From Pseudomonadota bacterium (lineage in GTDB: Bacteria; Desulfobacterota; Binatia; Binatales; Binataceae), in NCBI GenBank assembly GCA_021325355.1, contig JAJPHI010000009.1:387144-451143 (forward strand): a DNA stretch of 64,000 bases. Reading direction: 5' to 3'. Under the pieces are notes generated by a model. That model was not told where the DNA came from and searched no databases. It saw only the letters and a program-made list of their open reading frames with translations. The position numbers and the translations under genes are program-made. Each line of letters opens with the position of its first letter. Within the stretch, counting starts at the first letter, position 1. Below, one piece after another: positions 29,019 through 39,336 of the stretch.

Positions 29019-31409
29019 ATGACCGCGAACACCTCTTCCCGCCGGAGCTTCGGGGCACTCCTGCTCGACTATCGTCAGCCCGTTGGACTGCTGCTGATGG
29101 TCGTTACGCTGGTAATGTTCTACTTCGCTCTGCATCTGCCGATCGCGACCCGTTTCGAAGACCTGTTCCCGGCGGACCATCCCAACGTGGTGCTGTACCG
29201 CCAGTTGCGCGGGGCCTATGGCGGCGCGCAGACCCTTGTCCTGATGATCCGGGTCAAGGACGGCGACATCTTCAATCCCAAAACGCTGCTCGCGATCCAG
29301 CAGATGAACGACGAGGTCAACAAGCTGCCGGGCGTCAATCACAACGAGGTCTTTTCGCTCGCCTCCTACCGCGTGCTCTATGCGCGCGCGTTGCCTGGAA
29401 CTCTGGCTTCGACGCCGTTCATGTATCCGAAGGTGCCGGACACGCCGGCGCAGATCGCCGAGCTGCGCACGCTCGTCCAGGAGCACGGCACGCAGCTTGC
29501 CGGCCTCGTCACGCCCGACCTCAAAGGCGCTCTGGTGATCGCCGGCTTCAACGACTATGCGCTGGATTACGGCACGATTTTCGACGCGGTGCAGAACCTG
29601 ATTCATGAGCACGAAGACGCCAACACCCGCGTCTATGCCACCGGCGCCGTGATGTTCGCCGCATGGGGCTATCATTACCTGCCGCGCCTGAGCGCGATTT
29701 TCGGCGCCTCGGCGCTGCTCATGATCCTGCTTACGGCGGTTTGTCTCGGGGGACGCGTCGGCTGGTGGGCGCCCGTCGTGACGGGACTGTCCGCGGCCTT
29801 CTGGGGCATGGGTTTCATGGCCCTGATGGGCTACAGCTTCGATCCGATCATGCTGGTGATCCCCCTGATCATGACGGCGCGCGACCTCGGCCATGGGATC
29901 CAGTGGCAGGGCGCCTATTACGATGAATTCGCACGGCTCGACGATCCGGTGGCGGCGTGCGTCGCCGCCGCCGATTCGATGCTGCGGCCGGGCCTGCTCG
30001 CGATCCTCGCAAGCGTCGCCGGCATCGTGTTCGTCGCCACCGGCGATATTCCCGTGCTTCGCCAAATCGGCCTCGGCGGCGCGGTGTGGATGGGTTCGAG
30101 TCTCGTCGTCGTGCTGTTGGGCCAGCCGATCCTGGTGAGCTACCTGCGCGCGCCCGCCCGCGACCGTGTGCCGGAACGCAGCCGGCTCGAACGTCTGGCG
30201 CGGCTTCCGCTGGCCGGCAACGGCGCGCGGACGGGACTGATCGCGCTTGGTCTGCTGGTCGGCGCGATCGGTTTGCTTGCCTACCGCTACGTCGGGATCG
30301 GGTACCAGACGCCGGGCACGCCCATCTATCGGACCGATGCCAAGGTCAACCTGGATACGGCGGAAGTCGGCAAGTTCGTGCCGTCAAATTTTGCCTGGGT
30401 CGTGCTCGAGACGCCTGAATATCCTGACCCGCGCTCGACAATGGGCACCAAAACGCTGCGGATGACCGACGATCTGGGCAACTACCTGATCGAAAAGGGC
30501 GACGCGGTGGCGGTGCTCGACTTCGCCAATGTCGCCGAAAAACCGATGGATCAATTGCTGCACAACGGCTCGCCCAAGTTCCTGGCCCTGCCGGATACCG
30601 AGCAGCTCAGCGCCGCCTTGTGGGGTTTCTTCTTTGGCGCCTCGGCGCCCGATGAACCCAAGGCCTACTTCGCCCACGAACCGTCGGCGAGAAGCGCGAG
30701 CGTGCGGATCCTCCTGCCGGATCACACCACCGCGCGTCTCAACAAGCTCCGCGCCGACCTCGACGCCTTTGTGCGCGAGCGCGTCGCCAGCGATCCCGAG
30801 CTCAAAGGCGTCACCCTCCGCTATGTCGGCGGCGAGGCCGGACTCTACCAGGCTATCGACGACGTCACTCCCGGGCTGAATCTCCGAAACCTCGGCCTGA
30901 CGCTCGGGGCGATCTTCGTCGCCGGATCACTGGTGATGTGGTCGCCGCTGGCCGGTCTGATCCTGCTGTTGCTCGCCGCGATGGCGAATTTTCCCGGCTT
31001 TCTCTTCATGGCCGTGGGCGGTATCGGACTGACCGCGGATACGATCCCGGTGCTGTCGCTGGGCCTGGGTGTCGGTGTGGTATTTTCCATTTACCTGCTC
31101 GGCTCGATCCGCGCCCAGATGGTCCGCGGTGCCGCGCTCAACGAAGCGATTGCGGCGGCGCTCGGCACGACCGGCCGCTGGGTCGGCGGCAGCTTCATCG
31201 TGATCGTCGGCGGGCTTATTCCGTGGGCCTTCTCGCCGTTGCTCTTCCACAACGAGATGAGCACGATCCTGATTCTCCTGATGATCACCAACCTGACTGC
31301 GGCGCTGCTGATCCTGCCGGCGATGGTCGCCTCACTGCGTCCCGCTTTCGCGCGGGCGACGGCCTTTGCGGCCGAAGACGAGGTGCGCGGCGGCCGCGCG
31401 GTCTCCTAG
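29019..31409 (+). CDS. MMPL/RND-family transporter
   Basis: Two-fold repeated topology (TM, large loop, 5 TM); FEDLFPADHP...YGGA. Confidence 0.85.
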   Translation: MTANTSSRRSFGALLLDYRQPVGLLLMVVTLVMFYFALHLPIATRFEDLFPADHPNVVLYRQLRGAYGGAQTLVLMIRVKDGDIFNPKTLLAIQQMNDEVNKLPGVNHNEVFSLASYRVLYARALPGTLASTPFMYPKVPDTPAQIAELRTLVQEHGTQLAGLVTPDLKGALVIAGFNDYALDYGTIFDAVQNLIHEHEDANTRVYATGAVMFAAWGYHYLPRLSAIFGASALLMILLTAVCLGGRVGWWAPVVTGLSAAFWGMGFMALMGYSFDPIMLVIPLIMTARDLGHGIQWQGAYYDEFARLDDPVAACVAAADSMLRPGLLAILASVAGIVFVATGDIPVLRQIGLGGAVWMGSSLVVVLLGQPILVSYLRAPARDRVPERSRLERLARLPLAGNGARTGLIALGLLVGAIGLLAYRYVGIGYQTPGTPIYRTDAKVNLDTAEVGKFVPSNFAWVVLETPEYPDPRSTMGTKTLRMTDDLGNYLIEKGDAVAVLDFANVAEKPMDQLLHNGSPKFLALPDTEQLSAALWGFFFGASAPDEPKAYFAHEPSARSASVRILLPDHTTARLNKLRADLDAFVRERVASDPELKGVTLRYVGGEAGLYQAIDDVTPGLNLRNLGLTLGAIFVAGSLVMWSPLAGLILLLLAAMANFPGFLFMAVGGIGLTADTIPVLSLGLGVGVVFSIYLLGSIRAQMVRGAALNEAIAAALGTTGRWVGGSFIVIVGGLIPWAFSPLLFHNEMSTILILLMITNLTAALLILPAMVASLRPAFARATAFAAEDEVRGGRAVS

Positions 31410-32728
31410 CCCGCGCGCGCCGCGGGCCTCGGCTCCCCACTCGTCGCGGCCGGCGCGGCGGCGGCCGCGTCGAGCGGCTTGCGGCATCGCATAATCAACT
31501 CGCTCCCCGCGACGTAGGCCGTCTCCTCATGGACGAAGCCGTGCCGTTCTAAAACCTCGGTCAGGCTGCGGCGCGTGTAGTGCGTAATATGTTCGTCGCG
31601 ATAGCCGCCGGGCATCAGGAAGCCGTACACCGGTTCGATCATTCGCCAGCCGAGCGTGGCGTAATCGGGCGTGCCGATGATCAGCCGGCCGCCGGGCTCG
31701 AGCACACGCCAGAGCTCGCGGAACAGCAGTTCATCGTAGGGGATATGCTCGATCACCTGCGAGCTGATGACGCAGTCAAACACGCCGTCCCTGAAGGGCA
31801 GGGCAAACGCCGACGCGCGCAGCAGTGGAATGCCCGCGCGCCGCAGGAAACGCAGTTTATCGGCGTTGATATCCATACCGATAGCATTGTTCAGGCTCTG
31901 AATGATCATGCTCGAGCCGCAGCCCGCGTCGAGGATGCGTGCCGCGCCGCGCGCCCACGCCGTGGTGATCCGATGGCGGCGGCGCTGCCAGTAGCGCTGC
32001 ACCGGAATCAGGCTGTAAAACGCCCGGTCGTCGTAGTCGGCCGAATTGATCGAGTTGCGGAGCGCCCACAAGCGAAAGCCGGCGCGCGTCAGATCCCATC
32101 CGAAACGCGTCAGCCGCGCGTGCGATCGCCCGCTCTCGCGCGGGAAGTAGGTGAACGGAACTTCGTGCACGCGATAGCCCCGGGCGTAGGCTTTGACCAG
32201 GATCTCCTCGAGCACCTCGAAATTGCGCGCTTCGAGCTTTAGACCCTCGAGCGCGCTGCGCCGATAGAGGCGGAACCCGCTCGACATATCCCGCACCGGC
32301 ATCGACAGCAGCCTGCGCATGTAGAAATTCAAGGCCCGACTCAGGAGGCGGCGCGTCAGCGGCGCATAGGCCATCCCGCCGCGCGTGTAGCGCGAAGCGA
32401 TGATGATGTCGGCCTGCTCGCGCGCCCGCCATAGCTTGGCGACGAAATCCGGCTCGTGCGACAGATCGGCGTCGAGCGTCAGGACGTAGTCGCCGGCGGC
32501 CGCGGCGAACCCGGTTTCGAGCGCGCCCGCATAGCCGGGCCGCCGCTCCGGGATGACCCGCGCGCCGCGCTCGCGCGCCAGCTCCTGCGTGCCATCGCGC
32601 GAACCGCCGTCGATCACCAGCACCTCGAAGCCGAGATGCATCCGGCGCATCAGCGCGTCGATCCGCGGCAGCAGTTCGGCGAGGTTCGCGCGTTCGTTCA
32701 AGACCGGCAGGATAATCGAAAGGTCCAT
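31406..32728 (-). CDS. GT2 (polyprenol-phosphate glycosyltransferase-like) fused to class I SAM methyltransferase
   Basis: IDGGSRDGT, LDADLSH, DMSSGFR; C-terminal ILDAGCG, SQVIEH, EHITHY. Confidence 0.85.
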   Translation of the reverse strand: MDLSIILPVLNERANLAELLPRIDALMRRMHLGFEVLVIDGGSRDGTQELARERGARVIPERRPGYAGALETGFAAAAGDYVLTLDADLSHEPDFVAKLWRAREQADIIIASRYTRGGMAYAPLTRRLLSRALNFYMRRLLSMPVRDMSSGFRLYRRSALEGLKLEARNFEVLEEILVKAYARGYRVHEVPFTYFPRESGRSHARLTRFGWDLTRAGFRLWALRNSINSADYDDRAFYSLIPVQRYWQRRRHRITTAWARGAARILDAGCGSSMIIQSLNNAIGMDINADKLRFLRRAGIPLLRASAFALPFRDGVFDCVISSQVIEHIPYDELLFRELWRVLEPGGRLIIGTPDYATLGWRMIEPVYGFLMPGGYRDEHITHYTRRSLTEVLERHGFVHEETAYVAGSELIMRCRKPLDAAAAAPAATSGEPRPAARAG

Positions 32729-32976
32729 GTACTGAAGGATGTTTATTGATCGGCGACGGCCAAGGAAACTCTCCGGTGCCAAATACTTGCGCTGAAGAGA
32801 TCCGGGCCGTAGTCTTTTTTGCCGCGGAGCGTTTGCTTCAAAACCGCTTACCGGCCGCCTGTGTGAGCGGCGCCACAGGCCTTTCAAGCGATCGGAACCG
32901 GCACCGCAGCGGCGGGCGCGAGGGGCAGCGCCGCAAGGGGAGACGGGTTGTGGATGCGATCTTTCGATGTTGCGCC

Positions 32977-34239
32977 ATGCGGACGGTTATCGCGGCGGGG
33001 CTGGTGCTTATCGCGGTAAGCATGATGCCGGCCGCGCGCGCGGCGAGTCTCCGTCAGGCTCACCGGCTGCGCAGTCCGAAAGCACCGACGCCGCCGGCCG
33101 TGCCGCTCAACCAAATCCGCGTCTTCGGGAATCTGCCGGCGCCGTTCGCGGTGGCCGGCTCCGCCGCCGATCTCGTCGCCCTGCATAGTGGCGCCGAGCT
33201 CTACGCCTTCAACGAGCACGCCAAAACGCAGCCCGCCAGCCTCGCCAAGATCATGACCTTCTATCTGACCCTCGAGGCGCTCAAGCAGGGCCGTATCACG
33301 CTCGACACGCAGATGCCGGTCAGCGAAACGGCGTGGCGCCTGTCGCTCAATGACACGGTGTCGCGCATGTTCCTGCAGGTCGGTCAGAAGGTCGCGGTGC
33401 GCGACCTGCTCTACGGCTTGATGGTCTCGTCGGGAAATGACGCCGCGGTCGTGTTGTCCGAATATCTCGCCGGCAGCACCACCGCCTTCGCCGAAGAAAT
33501 GAACAAGAAGGCCGCCGAACTCGGCATGACCGAGACCCATTTCACCAATCCCGACGGTCTGCCGCAGCCCGGCGAGTACACGACAGCGGCCGATATGGTG
33601 AAGCTCGGGCGCGCGCTGCTGGAGAATTTTCCCAACGCGCTCGAATACACTTCGACCAAGGTCTTCACTTTCAAGACGGTCGGCCCGGAAAATCGCCCGG
33701 TGACCATCTCGCAGCGCAACTTCAACACGCTGCTGTTCTATGACTCGCGCGTCAACGGCATCAAGACCGGCCATGTCGACGAGGCCGGCTACCATCTTGT
33801 CGCTTCGGCGCACACCGACGACCTCGAGTTGATTTCCGCGGTCTTCGGCACTTCCAGCATGGAGGCGCGACGCGTCGAGACTGACAAGCTGCTGGAATGG
33901 GCCTTCCAGACCTTCATCACGGTCCATCCCAACTGGCACAAGGCGGCGCCGGCGACCGTCCGCGTCTATGAGGGCGACGTCGATGAAGTGCCGATCGCGC
34001 CGGCCGGCGGCGACGCTTACTTCACCGTTGTCCGCGGACAGGAGGGCCGGATCAAGCTGACCGCGGAGATGAACAAGACGCCGCTGGTGGCGCCGGTCGC
34101 GCAAGGCACCACGGTCGGCCAGCTCACCGTGATGCTCGGGGACAAGCCGCTCTCATCCCAACCGATCGTGACGCAGGCCGCGGTCAAGCCCGGCAGCTAT
34201 CTGCATCAATGGATGGACGCGCTCCGTCTGCGCCTCTAG
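32977..34239 (+). CDS. D-alanyl-D-alanine carboxypeptidase (PBP5/6-like, S11)
   Basis: Signal peptide; SxxK (SLAK), SGN, KTG; PBP5 C-terminal domain. Confidence 0.92.
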   Translation: MRTVIAAGLVLIAVSMMPAARAASLRQAHRLRSPKAPTPPAVPLNQIRVFGNLPAPFAVAGSAADLVALHSGAELYAFNEHAKTQPASLAKIMTFYLTLEALKQGRITLDTQMPVSETAWRLSLNDTVSRMFLQVGQKVAVRDLLYGLMVSSGNDAAVVLSEYLAGSTTAFAEEMNKKAAELGMTETHFTNPDGLPQPGEYTTAADMVKLGRALLENFPNALEYTSTKVFTFKTVGPENRPVTISQRNFNTLLFYDSRVNGIKTGHVDEAGYHLVASAHTDDLELISAVFGTSSMEARRVETDKLLEWAFQTFITVHPNWHKAAPATVRVYEGDVDEVPIAPAGGDAYFTVVRGQEGRIKLTAEMNKTPLVAPVAQGTTVGQLTVMLGDKPLSSQPIVTQAAVKPGSYLHQWMDALRLRL

Positions 34240-34293
34240 CGAGCATCGCGCCAACCGTTCTCCACCCAGGCGGGTTTCGCTTCAATCAGCAGG

Positions 34294-34327
34294 GCGCGAG
34301 AGGGAGGCCCCAGCCTCCCTCTCGCGC
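34294..34327. terminator. Hairpin between convergent genes (probable bidirectional terminator)
   Basis: 15-bp perfect stem GCGCGAGAGGGAGGC / GCCTCCCTCTCGCGC, 4-nt loop. Confidence 0.7.
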
Positions 34328-34333
34328 GACGGT

Positions 34334-35221
34334 TCAATTGGCGTTTTCGACGATAAACCCGCCGGCCCGCTCGATTGCCTGCTGACCTTCGGGCAGAAAG
34401 CTCGCGAACAGATGCCACACGTGAATCATCTCGGGCCAGATTTCGAGCTTGGTCGGCACACCGGCGGCCTTGGCTCGCTCGGCCAGACGATTCGAATCAT
34501 CCAGCAAGGTCTCCGCATCGCCGACCTGGATCAGCAGCGGCGGCAGACCCTTGAGGTCAGCATAGAGCGGCGCCGCCAGCGGCGTCTTGGGATCCTTGCC
34601 CTGCAGGTAGGCCTGCGCCATCTGCAGCAGTCCCTCCTTGCGGACGACCGGGTCGGCGTCGACGCGCGTCTTCATCGACTCGCCGAGACCTTCCATATCG
34701 ACCCAGGGGGAGATCAGCACGCCGGCGCCGGGCGTCGGCAGTTTCTGATCGCGGATCGCGACCAGCGTCGCCGCCGTCAGGCCGCCGCCCGCCGAGTCAC
34801 CGGCAACGGCTACGCGCGACGGCTTGGCGCCCTGCGCCAGCAACCATTTATAGCCCGCCACCGCATCATCGACCGCGGCCGGGAAGGGATGTTCGGGGGC
34901 GAGGCGGTAATTGAGACCCAGCACGCGCGCCTTGGCCGCGCGCGACAGCCGCGCCATCAAATCGCGATGGGATTGCACAGACCCGATCACATAACCGCCG
35001 CCGTGCAGATAGAGCACAAAGCGGTCGTCGGCCGCACCGGGGGCGCACACCCATTCCGCATCCACGCCGCCGGCGTTGACCTTCTGGCATTGCACGTCGG
35101 CAGCCGGTGTCGGTGCCATCTGGTCAAACGCACGCCGCAAATCCTGAGGGGTCGCGTTCGCCATCTGCGATGCCATCTGTTTCATCGCATCGATCGCCTG
35201 TTTGAGCTGCGGACTCGCCAT
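34334..35221 (-). CDS. Alpha/beta hydrolase (HSL family IV esterase)
   Basis: HGGGY, GDSAGG, MIHVW. Confidence 0.92.
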   Translation of the reverse strand: MASPQLKQAIDAMKQMASQMANATPQDLRRAFDQMAPTPAADVQCQKVNAGGVDAEWVCAPGAADDRFVLYLHGGGYVIGSVQSHRDLMARLSRAAKARVLGLNYRLAPEHPFPAAVDDAVAGYKWLLAQGAKPSRVAVAGDSAGGGLTAATLVAIRDQKLPTPGAGVLISPWVDMEGLGESMKTRVDADPVVRKEGLLQMAQAYLQGKDPKTPLAAPLYADLKGLPPLLIQVGDAETLLDDSNRLAERAKAAGVPTKLEIWPEMIHVWHLFASFLPEGQQAIERAGGFIVENAN

Positions 35222-35469
35222 CTCATCGATCTCCTTTGTTCAACTTCCATCCACGCACTGTGGGCGAAGCCTAGTCAACCCTTCCGCTCATCGCAAACTC
35301 GCCGTTTCGCCCTGAGGCGCCCGATCGCGGACGAACGCGCCTCGAGAGCGGCGATTTTGCGCCTCCATGCCGCCGCCGTCCGGAGGATAAGCGCGCGCGC
35401 CTTGCTTGACTGTCGGGTGCGCGTCGATGCTTGATCGGACGAGAGCCTCGGTTCGCACAAGGAGCGGCA

Positions 35470-36405
35470 ATGAAGATTCTGGTCATGGGCGCGGGCGGCG
35501 TCGGCGCCTATTATGGGGCGAAACTGCAGCAGGCGGGTGAAGACGTCACCCTCTGTGCGCGCGGCGATAACCTGCGCGCGATGCGCGAAAACGGCCTTTC
35601 CGTCCAAAGCTTCAAAGGTGACTTTCACGTCAGGGTCAAAGCCACCGGCGAACCTCGGGAGTTTGCCCCCTACGACCTGATCCTGTTCGCGGTCAAATCC
35701 TACGATACCGAATCTGCCGCAAAACAGATCCAGGGTTGTCTCGCCCCCGACGGCATCCTGATGACGATCCAGAACGGCGTCGAGAATGAGGAGGTGCTCT
35801 GCCGCTTCTTCCCCCGCGAGGCCGTGATGGGCGGCAATTCGCGGATCGGCGCCGACATGGTGGCGCCGGGCCGCCTGAACCATACCGCGCTCGGCGTGAT
35901 CGAGTTCGGCGAGATCGACGGCCGCATCACGCCGCGCGCCGAACGGCTCAAGGAGCTGTTCGAGCGCGCCGGAATTTACGGCGAGCTCACCGCCGACCTC
36001 AAGACCATCCGCTGGTACAAGCTGATGGGGAATAACAGCACCAACAGCGTCAGCGCGCTGACCCGGACCACGCTCGGCCAGATGCTCGAGGATCCCGAGG
36101 GCTACAACCTGGTGCGCACGCTGATGCTCGAAACGCTCGCGGTCGGCCGCGCCGAGGGCGCCAAAGTCGTCGACGAGCGCGTCGATCTGCAGCTCAAGCA
36201 GATTCGCCAGATCAACGCCTACGCAATCAAGACCTCGACCCTGCAGGATTTGGAAAAAGGCAAGCCGCTCGAATACGAGGCGATTTCCGGGGCGGTCGTG
36301 CGCGCCGCCCGCCGCCATAACATGCGCGTTCCAGCAACCGAGACGGTCTATGCGCTGCTGAAACTGCTCGAGAGCACGCGCCGTAAAAAAGCTGATCGCC
36401 CGTGA
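35470..36405 (+). CDS. panE: 2-dehydropantoate 2-reductase family protein
   Basis: GAGGVG, AVKSYD, QNG, WYKL, STLQDL...LE. Confidence 0.85.
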   Translation: MKILVMGAGGVGAYYGAKLQQAGEDVTLCARGDNLRAMRENGLSVQSFKGDFHVRVKATGEPREFAPYDLILFAVKSYDTESAAKQIQGCLAPDGILMTIQNGVENEEVLCRFFPREAVMGGNSRIGADMVAPGRLNHTALGVIEFGEIDGRITPRAERLKELFERAGIYGELTADLKTIRWYKLMGNNSTNSVSALTRTTLGQMLEDPEGYNLVRTLMLETLAVGRAEGAKVVDERVDLQLKQIRQINAYAIKTSTLQDLEKGKPLEYEAISGAVVRAARRHNMRVPATETVYALLKLLESTRRKKADRP

Positions 36406-36413
36406 TAAGAAGC

Positions 36414-36923
36414 ATGAACCGCGCGAACCTCGCCGCCGGGGCCTTCGTCGTCGCCTTGACCGCCTTGGGTCCATGGTGGATGGCCTGCTCGATCCCATCG
36501 ACCGGTCAGATTTTGCCGACTGCCGCCGCGCCTCCTGCGGCAAATCCGGATACCACCGGATGGGTGCTCGTCTACCCGCCGCTTAGACCCTATGCCAGCG
36601 ACCGCACGCCGCAGATGGGCGGGCCATTGGCCTTGCCCGCCGGATGGCAGGAGCGGCGCAGCGGCGGCAGCGATATCTCAATCGACCGAATCGACACCAG
36701 CGCGCCGCTGTCCAAGTGGCAGCGCGCAGGGATGTTCAGTTTCACCAGTCAGAAGGACTGTGAAGACGCCCGTCAGGGCGAGAGCGAGCGTTACAATGAT
36801 CCGCGCTATGTGGCGCAGGGCGAGCCCCGCACCCACGATCTGTTGGTCGATCCGGTTTTCATGAAGGAACTGGTGGCGGACGGCAAATGCGTCGAGGCGT
36901 CGAGCCTGACCGGCGCGCACTGA
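36414..36923 (+). CDS. Exported hypothetical protein
   Basis: Hydrophobic N-terminus with Cys; GWVLVYPP...DTSAPLSKW...F...C...C pattern. Confidence 0.65.
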   Translation: MNRANLAAGAFVVALTALGPWWMACSIPSTGQILPTAAAPPAANPDTTGWVLVYPPLRPYASDRTPQMGGPLALPAGWQERRSGGSDISIDRIDTSAPLSKWQRAGMFSFTSQKDCEDARQGESERYNDPRYVAQGEPRTHDLLVDPVFMKELVADGKCVEASSLTGAH

Positions 36924-37134
36924 TCGCCGCCGCCGGTCCGGCCGGCGGTTGCCCAGGCCCTCAGCAAACCCACTATCGGCGGCCGGCCTGCAGCACCGGC
37001 GCGCAACGGCTAGCGCTTGCCGCGCAAACGCGTCCGGCGCATCCGGCGCTTGCGCGCGCGCACCTGAGTCGGTTCTGTGCGACGCTTCAAACTCAGCTTG
37101 CGGTTGCGGCGGTTACGTGTTTTCGAGGCCGGTG

Positions 37135-38418
37135 TCATCGCTTCTCCTGCGGATCAATCGTCAGCCGCGGCGCCACCGCGGGCAGCACTGCCGCGGGCGG
37201 CATCGAGGTCGTTCCGCTACTCGGTTCGTGAACGCCGGCCATGCTAGCAGAAGTCGGCGCGCTCGCCGATAGCGGACAGATCGCGTCCACCCGGCTGAGC
37301 ACCTCGCTGCCGTCCAGCACTTCGACGGCGCCGATGGGCTGGCCGTCGCTCAGCGGCCCCTGAACGACCGTCGGGATCTTGTATTCGAGGTGTAAGCGAT
37401 CGATCGCCGACTTGGGCATCACCAGGTCAAGATCGCTTTCCGCGATCGGCTGAATCTCGGGACCCTGCGCGACCTGGACGTGCACCGGCAGGCTCTCGCC
37501 GCGCGTCACCAGGTGAACCTTCTCGAAATTATCGAAGCCCCAGTTCAACAGTCGCGCGCTCTGAATAAATCGTTGCGGATTGGACGGCGCACCCAGCACG
37601 ACCGAGATTAGCCGCATGTCACCGCGCTTCGCCGTCGCCGTCAGATTGAAGCCGGCATGATAGGTGAAGCCGGTCTTGAGCCCGTCGCAGCCGTCGAAAT
37701 GGCCCACCAGATGGTTGGTGTTGTGCAGCATCACGCGGCCACCATCGAAGGGCGCCGTCTGCATCGAGGACCATTGCAGCAGGTTCGTGGTCAGAATCAG
37801 ATGACGCGCGAGAATCGCCAGATCATGCGCGGTGGTGAAATCCACGTCATGCGCGGGGATCGGCGGCAGCCCGTCAACGGTCTCATAATGAGTATTAGCC
37901 ATGCCCAATTCGCGGGCCTTGGCGTTCATCAGGCGCACGCAGCCATCGACCGAACCGCCAACCTTCTCGGCCACGGCGACGGCGGCGTCGTTGGCCGAAC
38001 GAATCAGCGCGGCCTTCATCAACTCACCCAGTGGATAGACGTCGCCCGGATGGAGTCCGAGGCGTGAGCCGCCGGTAAGCGCCGCGCGCATCGACACCCG
38101 CACCGGATCGTTATACGTAGCGCGGCCGGCGCGAATCTGGTCCTCCGCCACCGCGAGAAGCATCATCTTCGCCATCGAGGCCGGCGGCCACGATAAATCG
38201 GGATTAACCGCGAACAGGACCGTTCCCCGGTCGGCGTCCATCAGCAGCGCCGCATGGTAAAGCGGCACCGCCTGTCGCGCATGGGTCCGGCGATGATGCA
38301 GGGGACGTCGGCGCAGGACTGCCCGTGCCGGAGCGATCTGAGACAGCAGCAGCAGTCCCGCCATCGCGAATCGCCAACTCCACCACCATCCACCCCGCCG
38401 TCGCGAAACCTCGGCCAT
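37135..38418 (-). CDS. D-alanyl-D-alanine carboxypeptidase (S11), second copy
   Basis: SMAK, SAN, LKTG motifs; signal-like N-terminus. Confidence 0.9.
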   Translation of the reverse strand: MAEVSRRRGGWWWSWRFAMAGLLLLSQIAPARAVLRRRPLHHRRTHARQAVPLYHAALLMDADRGTVLFAVNPDLSWPPASMAKMMLLAVAEDQIRAGRATYNDPVRVSMRAALTGGSRLGLHPGDVYPLGELMKAALIRSANDAAVAVAEKVGGSVDGCVRLMNAKARELGMANTHYETVDGLPPIPAHDVDFTTAHDLAILARHLILTTNLLQWSSMQTAPFDGGRVMLHNTNHLVGHFDGCDGLKTGFTYHAGFNLTATAKRGDMRLISVVLGAPSNPQRFIQSARLLNWGFDNFEKVHLVTRGESLPVHVQVAQGPEIQPIAESDLDLVMPKSAIDRLHLEYKIPTVVQGPLSDGQPIGAVEVLDGSEVLSRVDAICPLSASAPTSASMAGVHEPSSGTTSMPPAAVLPAVAPRLTIDPQEKR

Positions 38419-38453
38419 CTGTCCTCCCCCGGAGAAGCCTCTGGCGCGCGTCT

Positions 38454-39164
38454 CTACGGCGCCTTGGCCAACCCGCTCAATTGTGACGACTTGTCAACTT
38501 CACCCCGCTCGACGCGCTTCAAGATCTCCAGATTTGCCCGCGCCGGCGTGTAATCCGGATACGCATCGCTGAGTTCGGCCCACTCCTGGCGAGCGCGGAC
38601 GTAGTTCCCTTCTTCCGCGTAGATGACGCCCAGGGTGTTGCGCGCTTCCAACTGATCGGGCTGGAGCCGCAATGAAAGCAGAATCTCCTGTTCCGCCTTG
38701 GCGAGCGCGCCGAGCCGCTCGTAAACCAGGCCCAGGTTGTAATGGGTCTCGTAGCGCGTCGGCGCCAATAGCGTCGCCAGCCGAAAAGCGTCACCCGCCT
38801 GCGTGATCGCGCCCGACTCGAGGTATACGCGGCCCAGGTTGAGGAACAATTCCCAGTCGCTCAAACCCAGTTCAATCGCCTTTTGATAGTCAACCAGCTC
38901 ACGCTTATGGTCACCCAGCTCACCATAAGCGAAGCCCAGGTGATAGTAAGCGAGCGCAAGGTCAGGATGGCGCCGGATGACCGCCAAATGGAGTTTGACG
39001 GCAGTCGGATAGTCCTCCATGCCGAGGTAGTAATCGGCAATGGGATCGCAGATTTGTTCCTCAGGAGCGCTGGTAGAATTATCAGCCGGGGCGACTAAAG
39101 GATAGAGCAACGCTGCGCCCAGCGTCATCGCGATCGCCAAAAACCTTTCGAACCGAGTATGCAA
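38454..39164 (-). CDS. Secreted tetratricopeptide-repeat protein
   Basis: Signal peptide; repeats AYYHLG, FLNLG, HYNLG, RNTLG. Confidence 0.85.
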   Translation of the reverse strand: MHTRFERFLAIAMTLGAALLYPLVAPADNSTSAPEEQICDPIADYYLGMEDYPTAVKLHLAVIRRHPDLALAYYHLGFAYGELGDHKRELVDYQKAIELGLSDWELFLNLGRVYLESGAITQAGDAFRLATLLAPTRYETHYNLGLVYERLGALAKAEQEILLSLRLQPDQLEARNTLGVIYAEEGNYVRARQEWAELSDAYPDYTPARANLEILKRVERGEVDKSSQLSGLAKAP

Positions 39165-39260
39165 TTGCGGACGCCGCGGTTGATGCTCCTGCGGCGACTA
39201 TAGCAGGAAGACGAAATGAATGAATAGCGCCGATGACGTGGACGATGATTACAAGCGGAT

Positions 39261-39319
39261 AAAAAAACACGCCGCCCGCTGACCTTCTGGCTGCTCCCAA
39301 CCGATGCGGCGGACGGCGT
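39261..39319 (-). terminator. Rho-independent terminator with long loop
   Basis: Minus strand ACGCCGTCCGC...GCGGGCGGCGT followed by GTTTTTTT, downstream of 39337-39612. Confidence 0.55.
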
Positions 39320-39336
39320 TGGCGGACGATCGCGAA

